From an uncultured Bacilli bacterium (lineage in GTDB: Bacteria; Bacillota_I; Bacilli_A; RF39; UBA660): a stretch of DNA of 59,492 nt. The notes below the pieces were generated by a model. The model saw nothing but the letters and a program-made list of their open reading frames with translations, made no database searches and was not told the origin of the DNA. Each line of letters begins with the position of its first letter. Position 1 is the stretch's first letter. Positions 31,837-39,566 of the stretch are shown piece after piece. The translations under genes and the position numbers were made by a program. The stretch is from NCBI GenBank assembly GCA_944363605.1, contig CALVUM010000003.1, positions 1 through 59,492 on the forward strand, given 5' to 3'.

Positions 31837-33192
31837 ATGGATAGAACAATAGCCGCGATTTCAACAAATAATATTGGAGTTGGTGCGATTAATATAATAA
31901 GGATAAGTGGAGAAGAAGCAATAGAAATAGTAAGTAAGATATTTACCAACAAAAAATTTCCAAAAGCTCCATCTCATACAATTCATTATGGTTTTATAAA
32001 AGACAATGAAAAAATCTTAGATGAAGTCTTAGTTATGTTAATGCGCGCTCCAAAAACGTATACTAAAGAAGATGTAGTAGAGATTAACTGTCATGGTGGT
32101 TCAATGACGGCAAATAAAATAGTAGAATTACTATATAAAAATGGCGCGGTTCCAGCGGAACCAGGTGAATTTACCAAAAGAGCATTTTTAAATGGCCGCA
32201 TAAATTTGCTAGAAGCAGAAAGTATTGAAGATCTACTAGAAGCCAAAAATGAAAATGCAAGAAAAATGGCTTTAAATGGGGTAAGTGGTAAAACGACAAA
32301 ACTTATCGAGTCCTTACGCGAAAAAATGGTAAGTTTACTTGCCAATATCGAGGTAAATATTGATTATCCAGAATACACGGATGAGCTACAAATAACGAAA
32401 GAAAATATCACGCCAGTGCTTACAGAAATAAAAGAAGAATTAAACAAAATTGTTGAAGAATCCCAAAATGGCAAAATTATTAAAAATGGTATTAATATAG
32501 CTATTATAGGTCGTCCAAATGTTGGGAAATCTTCACTTCTAAACGCCTTGCTAGAAGAAGATAAAGCAATAGTAACCGATATTTCTGGAACAACAAGAGA
32601 TATTGTTGAAGGAAGTATTATTTATCAGGGAATTTCTTTTAACTTTATTGATACAGCAGGAATAAGAGAAACAGAAGATATTGTGGAAAAAATTGGGGTA
32701 GAGAAGAGTAAACGTGTTCAAGCAACATCCGATTTAACAATTCTCGTTTTAAATAATAATGAAAAACTCACAAAAGAAGATGAAGAATTGCTAAAAACAA
32801 TCATCAATCAAAAAGCAATAATTTTTATTAATAAAACAGATTTAGAAAAAAAATTACCAGAATTATCAATAGAAAAACCAATTATTTATGGTTCAACAAA
32901 AGAAAGAAAAGGAATAGAAGAACTAAAAGAAGAAATCATTCAAATTTTTTCTTTAGAAGATGTAAGTCATAAAAATTTAGCCTGTTTATTCAATACAAGA
33001 CAAATAGCTTTAGCAAAACTTGCTCTTCAAAGTATTAACCATGTTATTAAAGAAAATAAAAAAGATATTCCTGTAGATATGCTAGCAATTGATATTAAAG
33101 AGGCTTGGGAAAATTTAGGAAAAATCATTGGCGAAGCATACGAAGAAGAACTAGTAGATAACATATTTAAAAGATTTTGCTTAGGAAAGTAG
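31837..33192 (+). CDS. mnmE: tRNA modification GTPase MnmE
   Basis: 451 aa; TIAAIST, GRPNVGKSS G1, DTAGIRE G3, NKTD G4, C-terminal FCLGK. Confidence 0.96.
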   Translation: MDRTIAAISTNNIGVGAINIIRISGEEAIEIVSKIFTNKKFPKAPSHTIHYGFIKDNEKILDEVLVMLMRAPKTYTKEDVVEINCHGGSMTANKIVELLYKNGAVPAEPGEFTKRAFLNGRINLLEAESIEDLLEAKNENARKMALNGVSGKTTKLIESLREKMVSLLANIEVNIDYPEYTDELQITKENITPVLTEIKEELNKIVEESQNGKIIKNGINIAIIGRPNVGKSSLLNALLEEDKAIVTDISGTTRDIVEGSIIYQGISFNFIDTAGIRETEDIVEKIGVEKSKRVQATSDLTILVLNNNEKLTKEDEELLKTIINQKAIIFINKTDLEKKLPELSIEKPIIYGSTKERKGIEELKEEIIQIFSLEDVSHKNLACLFNTRQIALAKLALQSINHVIKENKKDIPVDMLAIDIKEAWENLGKIIGEAYEEELVDNIFKRFCLGK

Positions 33193-33201
33193 GTGAGAAA
33201 A

Positions 33202-35067
33202 ATGGAATACGAAATTATAGTCGTAGGTGGCGGTCATGCCGGAATAGAAGCATCCCATATTTCAAGTTTTAAAGGACATAAAACACTTTTAATAACTATA
33301 AATAAAAAAAATATTGGGGACATGCCTTGTAATCCATCAATTGGTGGTACAGCAAAAGGAATTATTGTACGGGAAATCGATGCTTTAGGAGGATTAATGG
33401 GTCAAATCGCAGACGAATCACATTTTCAAATCAAAATGCTTAATAACTCGAAAGGACCAGCAGTTCGTTCCCTAAGAGCACAAGCAGATAAAATAACATA
33501 TCCTAAAAATATGCAAAAAACTTTAGAAAACATGCCGAATCTGGATATTTTAGAAGGAACTGTCGAAGACCTAATTATAGAAAACAAAAAAGTAAAAGGC
33601 GTAGTATTAGAAAACGGCGAAAAAATTTATGCCCAATCTGTAATTTTAACAACAGGAACATATCTAAAAGCAAATGTATTAATTGGAAGTGAAAATACAC
33701 CATCAGGTCCTCATGGCGAAAAAAGAAGTAATCATTTAAGTGATAATTTAAAAAAATATGGTTTTACAATACAAAGATTAAAAACAGGTACTCCTCAAAG
33801 AATTAAAGCAGATTCCATTGATTTTTCAAAAATGCAACCAGAATATGGGGATGACAAATATTGGACTTTTTCTTTTGATAAAAAACCATCTTATAAAATA
33901 AATGAACAACAAAAATGTTTTCTAATCTATACAAATGAAAACACCCATAAAGTGATTTTAGATAACTTAGATAAATCAGCGATGTATGGGGGATTCGTAA
34001 CAGGCATAGGACCAAGATATTGTCCAAGCATTGAAGATAAATTAGTAAGATTTAAGGATAAAGAACGTCATCAATTATTTTTAGAACCAGAAAGCCTTTA
34101 TTATGATGAATGGTACTTGCAAGGCTTTTCCACATCCATGCCAAGAGATATTCAAGAGCTTATGGTTCATAGTCTAAGTGGTTTAGAAAATGCAGTTATC
34201 TCAAAATATGCTTATGCTATAGAATATGATGCTATCGATCCACTACAAATCACGCCTTCTTTAGAATCAAAAGTAATCGAAGGTATTTTTACAGCAGGTC
34301 AAATTAATGGAACAAGTGGTTATGAAGAAGCAGCAGGTCAAGGCCTAATCGCAGGTATCAATGCTTCATTGAAACTAGAACAAAAAGAACCACTAATTTT
34401 AAAAAGAAATGATGCTTACATAGGTGTTTTAATTGATGATTTAATAACAAAAGGTACAGCTGAACCATATCGTATGTTAACATCGCGTGCGGAATTTCGC
34501 TTAATTCTCCGTCATGACAATGCGGATTTAAGATTAAGAGATTATGCTCATCAAGTTGGAAGTATTACAGAACAACAATATAAAAATTATCAAGAACGAT
34601 TACAAAAAATTCAAGAAGGCGAAAAATATTTACAAGAAACAAAATTAAAAATCACACCAGAAATTAAAGAAATATTTGCCAAAAATCAAAAAGAAATTCC
34701 AAATATAACAGATAGTTTATACAATTTATTAAAAAGACCCGAAATCACAATCGAATTTTTAGAAAAAATAATCGAAATCCCTATGGATAATCAAACAAAA
34801 GAAGAATTAGAAATTCAAATAAAATACGAAGGATATATAAAAAAAACGTATAAAGAAGTAGAAAAAATGAAAAAACTAGAAGAAAAAATGATTCCAAAAG
34901 ATATTGATTATCAAAAAGTCAAAAACTTAGCTTCTGAAGCACGTCAAAAATTAGAAAAAGTAAGACCAATATCTCTCGGACAAGCAGCAAGAATTAGTGG
35001 AGTAAATCCATCAGATATTTCTATTTTAAGTGTTTATTTAAAGAAAGAGTATGGAAAAGATGAATAA
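33202..35067 (+). CDS. mnmG: tRNA uridine 5-carboxymethylaminomethyl modification enzyme MnmG
   Basis: VVGGGHAG FAD motif, GPRYCPSIEDK, AGQINGTSGYEEAA; start at the ATG at 33202 after AGGTGAG. Confidence 0.96.
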   Translation: MEYEIIVVGGGHAGIEASHISSFKGHKTLLITINKKNIGDMPCNPSIGGTAKGIIVREIDALGGLMGQIADESHFQIKMLNNSKGPAVRSLRAQADKITYPKNMQKTLENMPNLDILEGTVEDLIIENKKVKGVVLENGEKIYAQSVILTTGTYLKANVLIGSENTPSGPHGEKRSNHLSDNLKKYGFTIQRLKTGTPQRIKADSIDFSKMQPEYGDDKYWTFSFDKKPSYKINEQQKCFLIYTNENTHKVILDNLDKSAMYGGFVTGIGPRYCPSIEDKLVRFKDKERHQLFLEPESLYYDEWYLQGFSTSMPRDIQELMVHSLSGLENAVISKYAYAIEYDAIDPLQITPSLESKVIEGIFTAGQINGTSGYEEAAGQGLIAGINASLKLEQKEPLILKRNDAYIGVLIDDLITKGTAEPYRMLTSRAEFRLILRHDNADLRLRDYAHQVGSITEQQYKNYQERLQKIQEGEKYLQETKLKITPEIKEIFAKNQKEIPNITDSLYNLLKRPEITIEFLEKIIEIPMDNQTKEELEIQIKYEGYIKKTYKEVEKMKKLEEKMIPKDIDYQKVKNLASEARQKLEKVRPISLGQAARISGVNPSDISILSVYLKKEYGKDE

Positions 35068-35764
35068 AGAAGAATTTTTAAAAGAAACTCAAAAATTAAA
35101 TATAAAAGTGACTGATACAATGCTTTTTCAATTAGAAACATATGCTGACTTTTTGTTAAAATATAATGAGCATACAAATCTCACAGCTATAAAAACCAAA
35201 GAAGAAGTTTATTTAAAACACTTTTATGATTCTTTAACCCTAATAAAAATTGAAAATTTAGAAGAAGGAAGCTTATTAGATGTCGGAACAGGTGCCGGTT
35301 TTCCAGGGTTAGTTTTAGCCATAGTTTTTCCAAATTTAAAAGTAACACTACTAGATAGTAATAACAAAAAAATTACCTTTTTAAAAGAATGTATTAAAAA
35401 GCTTAACTTAAAAAATGTCGAAACAGTGTATAGTAGAGCGGAAGATTATACTCGAGTCCATCGTGAAGAATATGACTTTGTCACATCAAGAGCAGTCGCA
35501 GATTTAAGAATCTTATTAGAATTAAATATTCCAGCTTTAAAAATAAAAGGGCATTTCCTAGTCATGAAAGGAAATGTAAATGAAGAATTAGAAAAAGCTA
35601 AGCAAACCATGAGGATATTATCTTCAAAAATTATGAAACAAGAAATTTTTGAACTTCCAAATCAAGGCGGTTTAAGAACACTTGTGAATATTGAAAAAGA
35701 AGAGTCTACTGATTTAAAATATCCAAGAACATATGACAAAATAAAAAAGAAAGAAATTAGTTAA
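35051..35764 (+). CDS. rsmG: 16S rRNA (guanine527-N7)-methyltransferase RsmG
   Basis: 237 aa; NLTAI, DVGTGAGFPG, SRAVA motifs; follows mnmG. Confidence 0.93.
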   Translation: MEKMNKEEFLKETQKLNIKVTDTMLFQLETYADFLLKYNEHTNLTAIKTKEEVYLKHFYDSLTLIKIENLEEGSLLDVGTGAGFPGLVLAIVFPNLKVTLLDSNNKKITFLKECIKKLNLKNVETVYSRAEDYTRVHREEYDFVTSRAVADLRILLELNIPALKIKGHFLVMKGNVNEELEKAKQTMRILSSKIMKQEIFELPNQGGLRTLVNIEKEESTDLKYPRTYDKIKKKEIS

Positions 35765-35766
35765 AA

Positions 35767-36243
35767 ATGTCTAAAGTAAGTAATATTTTAACAATGTTGG
35801 AACTTCTAAGTAGTGGAAGAAAATATAATATTCAAGAATTAGCTGAACAACTAGAGGTATCTAAGCGAATGATTCGCGTTTACAAAGAAGAATTAGAAAA
35901 ATCTGGAATTTATCTAGATAGTATTAAAGGACCACATGGCGGATACGTTTTAAATCAACAAATTCATGTACCAAGAAGATTTATTAATCAAGCCCCAATA
36001 TATATAGAAGGAAATGAAAAATTTAATAAATTAAGCCAAGCAATCAAAACAAGAAAAAAAGTCTTAATTGAATATTATCAAAAAGACTTTAAAAGTACCT
36101 CTAAAAGAATTATTGAACCATATGATTTATTGGTTTTAAATTATGAATGGGGTGTCGCAGCATATTGTGAATTAAAAAAAGAAATTCGTCATTTTTACTT
36201 AAATAGAATAAAAGAACTTCAAATTTTAGAAGAAAAATATTAA
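35767..36243 (+). CDS. short HTH plus WYL-domain transcriptional regulator
   Basis: 158 aa. The N-terminal winged HTH (ILTMLELLSSGRKYNIQELAEQLEVSKRMIRVYKEEL) is YafY/DeoR-like. The C-terminal KKVLIEYY...RIIEPYDLLVLNYEWGVAAYC...IRHFYLNRI matches the WYL domain pattern. Starts 2 nt after the rsmG stop. Confidence 0.65.
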   Translation: MSKVSNILTMLELLSSGRKYNIQELAEQLEVSKRMIRVYKEELEKSGIYLDSIKGPHGGYVLNQQIHVPRRFINQAPIYIEGNEKFNKLSQAIKTRKKVLIEYYQKDFKSTSKRIIEPYDLLVLNYEWGVAAYCELKKEIRHFYLNRIKELQILEEKY

Positions 36244-36301
36244 GTGACAGATATATTGCCACTTTTTTTGTTATATTCTTTTTGAAAGAAGGAAAGAGAA
36301 A

Positions 36302-37327
36302 ATGACAAACAATTTACATAAGTACACAGAACCAGCAGAGAAAAATTTTACAAAATTAGAAGAAAGAATAATGGAAATAAATCAGCCAGATAATGAAGCT
36401 TTAAAAAATTTTCAAAACTTATTTACAAAATTAGCAAAAGATAAAGAACCGGTTTTAATAATAGCCACAGGAGGTTCAAAAGTAGTTGCTTATTTTTTAA
36501 AAAACATTTTAGAAAAAAGACAAGTTATTACAGAAGTAATTGAACCAAGAGATTATTTTTATAAGCTAAATACTCAATGCTTTAAAAAATCAATCATTAT
36601 CTCCGCAAGTGGAAAAACAAATGGGCTAAATTCAATAATAAATAAAAGAAAACCAGAGTTAGGATATGAAAATTATTTTATTTGCCAAAAAAAACAAGAA
36701 AAGGAAAATACAACGGTAATTTCTTGGGGACAAAATATTTCATTTCAAGAAAAAAGCTTTATTTCTTTAAGTACATCTTTAGGTCCTATGGCACTAATAT
36801 TAACGGCAGAAGAAAATGAAAAAGGAAATACTGAAATAAATCAGTTAATTAAAACATTATTAAAACAAGCAGAAGAGAAAATAGCAAAAATAAAAGTTGA
36901 TTTTTCTCATTCAAAAATTTTATCCATATTAAGTGGTTATGATACAGAAGTAGAGGAAGCAATTTTAGAATCAAATTTAACAGAGAGTGGTTGCATCGCT
37001 CCAGTTATTCATGATAAAGGTTCTTTTTGTCATGGCAGAAGTAATTTACTTCTTTTGGATCCTAAAAGTCCAATTATTTATCTCCAACATGAAGAAAAAG
37101 AATTAGATAAAATACTAAGAAATATCCTTCAAGAAGAACATCCAAATATCTGTACATTAGACACTTTCGATTTAAATGAAAATCAACTATGGAAAACTTA
37201 TTATCTATCATTGCAAGCCTATTATTTATCCTTAAAGATTGCCAAAGCAAAACAAATGGATTTAACTATGCCAGAATATAATCCAAAATTAATAAAAACC
37301 TTATATCCATATAAAGGAGAGATGTAA
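36302..37327 (+). CDS. double SIS-like (sugar-phosphate isomerase/binding fold) protein, function unknown
   Basis: 341 aa; IIATGGSKVVAYFL and IIISASGKTNG resemble SIS motifs; the second half has ...ESNLTESGCIA...SFCHGRS, similar to the SIS/PGI-PMI C-terminal half. Confidence 0.45.
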   Translation: MTNNLHKYTEPAEKNFTKLEERIMEINQPDNEALKNFQNLFTKLAKDKEPVLIIATGGSKVVAYFLKNILEKRQVITEVIEPRDYFYKLNTQCFKKSIIISASGKTNGLNSIINKRKPELGYENYFICQKKQEKENTTVISWGQNISFQEKSFISLSTSLGPMALILTAEENEKGNTEINQLIKTLLKQAEEKIAKIKVDFSHSKILSILSGYDTEVEEAILESNLTESGCIAPVIHDKGSFCHGRSNLLLLDPKSPIIYLQHEEKELDKILRNILQEEHPNICTLDTFDLNENQLWKTYYLSLQAYYLSLKIAKAKQMDLTMPEYNPKLIKTLYPYKGEM

Positions 37328-37328
37328 T

Positions 37329-37940
37329 ATGAATTTGTGTTTTGTGTCACATAATGATAAAAAGAATAATGAAATGAAAACATTTTTTAAAGAAAAATAT
37401 GCTACAGATATAGAAATTTATTGTTGTGAATTAGACGAAAAAGAAATAAGTGATGCGGATGTTATATCAAGAGAAAAAGCAATTCAAGCCTATAATCTTG
37501 TTAATAAACCTGTCTTTGTTATAGATAGTGCTTTTTATATTGAAGTTTTTGGTACTTTTCCAGGAACACTAGTAAGAAGAGCAAATATATCTGAAGATCT
37601 TGATTTCACCTTAAAATTAATGCAGAATATTAAAAATAGAAATTGTTGCTTTGTCGACTGCTTAACTTTTTTTGATGGAACAGAGTTCTATCAATTTTAT
37701 GGTTATTCAAAAGGAACATTAGCCTATGAACCAAGAGGAAAACTAGACGAATATTCTCGTTCTAAGTTGTGGCAAATCTTTATTCCCCAAAACTCTACCA
37801 AAACAATGGCTGAGATGACTTATAAAGAAAGAGTAGAGAGAAAAGATAATCACACATCTGCTAAAGCTCAATTTATGAAATGGTACACAGAAGAATACCA
37901 AACAAACTTAAAGCTTAATAAAAAATCAAAAAATTTTTAA
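37329..37940 (+). CDS. divergent Ham1/ITPase (RdgB)-family NTP pyrophosphatase-like protein
   Basis: 203 aa. Collinear with RdgB blocks: FVSHNDKK (ATGNxGK), REKAIQA...PVFVIDSAFYIEVFGTFPG (A..KA...P.l.DDSGL.V.AL.G.PG), PRG, KTMAEMTYKER (KT.AEL..EEK). Several catalytic-block residues are replaced. Confidence 0.5.
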   Translation: MNLCFVSHNDKKNNEMKTFFKEKYATDIEIYCCELDEKEISDADVISREKAIQAYNLVNKPVFVIDSAFYIEVFGTFPGTLVRRANISEDLDFTLKLMQNIKNRNCCFVDCLTFFDGTEFYQFYGYSKGTLAYEPRGKLDEYSRSKLWQIFIPQNSTKTMAEMTYKERVERKDNHTSAKAQFMKWYTEEYQTNLKLNKKSKNF

Positions 37941-37947
37941 ATACAGG

Positions 37948-37976
37948 TTGTCAATTTTTGGAATTATTGGTAAAAT
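37948..37976 (+). promoter_or_regulatory. sigma-A-like promoter of the noc-like gene
   Basis: TTGTCA (37948-37953), 17-nt spacer, TAAAAT (37971-37976); RBS AAGGGG lies 8-9 nt before the GTG at 38015. Confidence 0.5.
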
Positions 37977-38014
37977 GATATATAGATAAAATAGGCGGTA
38001 AGGGGCTGATTTTT

Positions 38015-39238
38015 GTGAATACAGAACAAAAGGTACTACAAGTAGCTATTGAAGATATAATACCTAACCGATTTCAACCACGTTTAGCATTTGATGAAGA
38101 AGGATTAAAAGAATTATCTGAATCAATTAAACAGCATGGAATTATTCAACCTTTAGTACTAAGAAGATTAGGGAATAAATATGAAATTATTGCTGGGGAA
38201 AGAAGATTTAAAGCGGCAACAATGGCTGGATTAAGACAAGTGCCTGCAATTATTTCCGATATTGATGATAATAAAAGTGCTGAAATTGCTTTAGTTGAAA
38301 ATATTCAAAGAAGAAATCTGACGCCTATCGAAGAAGCAAAATCTTACAAGAATCTTTTAGATCGAGGCTATATGACCCAAGAACAATTAGCAGAAAAAAT
38401 GGGAGTTAGCCAAAGTTCTATTGCCAACAAACTACGTCTTTTAAATCTAGCACCTGAGGTACAAGATGCTCTTTTACAAGAAAAAATAAGTGAAAGACAT
38501 GCCAGGAGTTTATTAGTTTTGCCTAAAGATGAACAAGCAGACTGGCTTCAAAAAATACTAACTAAACGTCTCACTGTTCGTCAATTAGATTTAGAAATAA
38601 AAAAATCAAAAGGCGAAGTAAATGAAGATGTTCCTTTAGTAAATATTTCCCCAGATGTAGATAAAATAATTAACAATGCTAGTGATATAAATCAAAAAGA
38701 ATCAACGAGAGAGGAAAAAAATATGGAATTTGAACAAAAAGATAATATTTCTGAGATAAAAGTAGAAGAACCAAAAAATATTCCGAATAAATTTTTTAAC
38801 TTTTTAGAAGATGAAGCTGCAAACATGCAAATGATTGAAACACCAACGCCTATTCAAAATAATAGTTCAATGAATGAAATTGAAGTTTTAGATGATTTAG
38901 GATCTTCATCTCCAGAAACTTCTAATAATTTACAACAAGAAGAAACCATTATGCCGTTTTTATTTTCAAACTCTCAAGTTCAAGAAAATAATAAAATAGA
39001 AGAAATAGAAGAAAAAACAACTGAAAAAATTGTGGATCCAATGGATTCAGTTATTAAATTAGATCCAAACTATCAACAAATGGTTGAAGAAGAAAAAGGA
39101 ATAGATTTAAAATCAGCCATTAACGAAGTCCGTGAATTAATTGAAAATATGAAAAAACAAGGATTTCAAATTTCTTTAGATGAGATAGATTTAAATGAAA
39201 ATTATCAAATGACAATTAATATTAAAAAAAATGATTAA
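38015..39238 (+). CDS. noc: ParB/Noc-family CTPase-type DNA-binding protein with Noc-type specificity residues and a long acidic insert
   Basis: 407 aa. IIPNRFQPR and GERRFKAA form the ParB N-domain/CTP motif. The HTH SQSSIANKLRLLNL...KISERHARSL matches B. subtilis Noc (GQSTIANKLRLLKL...KITERHARAL) rather than Spo0J (SRPHIANHLRLLTL...LSMGHGRTL). The C-terminus SAINEVRELIENMKKQGFQISLDEIDLNENYQMTINIKK resembles the Noc C-terminus. Sits at the canonical position after rsmG. Confidence 0.8.
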   Translation: MNTEQKVLQVAIEDIIPNRFQPRLAFDEEGLKELSESIKQHGIIQPLVLRRLGNKYEIIAGERRFKAATMAGLRQVPAIISDIDDNKSAEIALVENIQRRNLTPIEEAKSYKNLLDRGYMTQEQLAEKMGVSQSSIANKLRLLNLAPEVQDALLQEKISERHARSLLVLPKDEQADWLQKILTKRLTVRQLDLEIKKSKGEVNEDVPLVNISPDVDKIINNASDINQKESTREEKNMEFEQKDNISEIKVEEPKNIPNKFFNFLEDEAANMQMIETPTPIQNNSSMNEIEVLDDLGSSSPETSNNLQQEETIMPFLFSNSQVQENNKIEEIEEKTTEKIVDPMDSVIKLDPNYQQMVEEEKGIDLKSAINEVRELIENMKKQGFQISLDEIDLNENYQMTINIKKND

Positions 39239-39254
39239 GGAGAAAATAAAATTC

Positions 39255-39476
39255 TTAATCATTTTTTTTACTTTCAATAATTATATTCAAATTAAATTCT
39301 TGGGCTATTTTTAATAAAAGTTCCACATCATAATTTCTCTGTCCATATTCGTAAAGTTGGATAGCATTTCTACTTCTTTTAATTTTCTCACCAAAAGCCT
39401 TTTGAGTTAGTCCTGTATATTCACGGATAAATTTAATTAAATCATTGGCTTTATAATTATTAGCTTTAATTTTCAC
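39255..39476 (-). CDS. XRE-family HTH transcriptional regulator
   Basis: 73 aa; LIKFIREYTGLTQKAFGEKIKRSRNAIQLYEYGQR is a classic HTH_3 pattern. Confidence 0.75.
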   Translation of the reverse strand: MKIKANNYKANDLIKFIREYTGLTQKAFGEKIKRSRNAIQLYEYGQRNYDVELLLKIAQEFNLNIIIESKKND

Positions 39477-39566
39477 AAAAAATCACCTCTTGAAAAGCAT
39501 ACAAAACGTTGGTATAATTTTTTAAAGAAAGCACACAAAATGTGGCTTTAATGATAGGGAGTTGAT

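Noticed and set aside
37979-38014. In-frame upstream codons of the noc-like gene read ..KIGGKGLIF.., reminiscent of the ParB N-terminal GLGKGL peptide
   Set aside because: There is no canonical start codon between the in-frame stop at 37976 and the GTG at 38015. This stretch holds the predicted -10 element, the transcription start and the AAGGGG RBS, so the resemblance comes from the RBS sequence.
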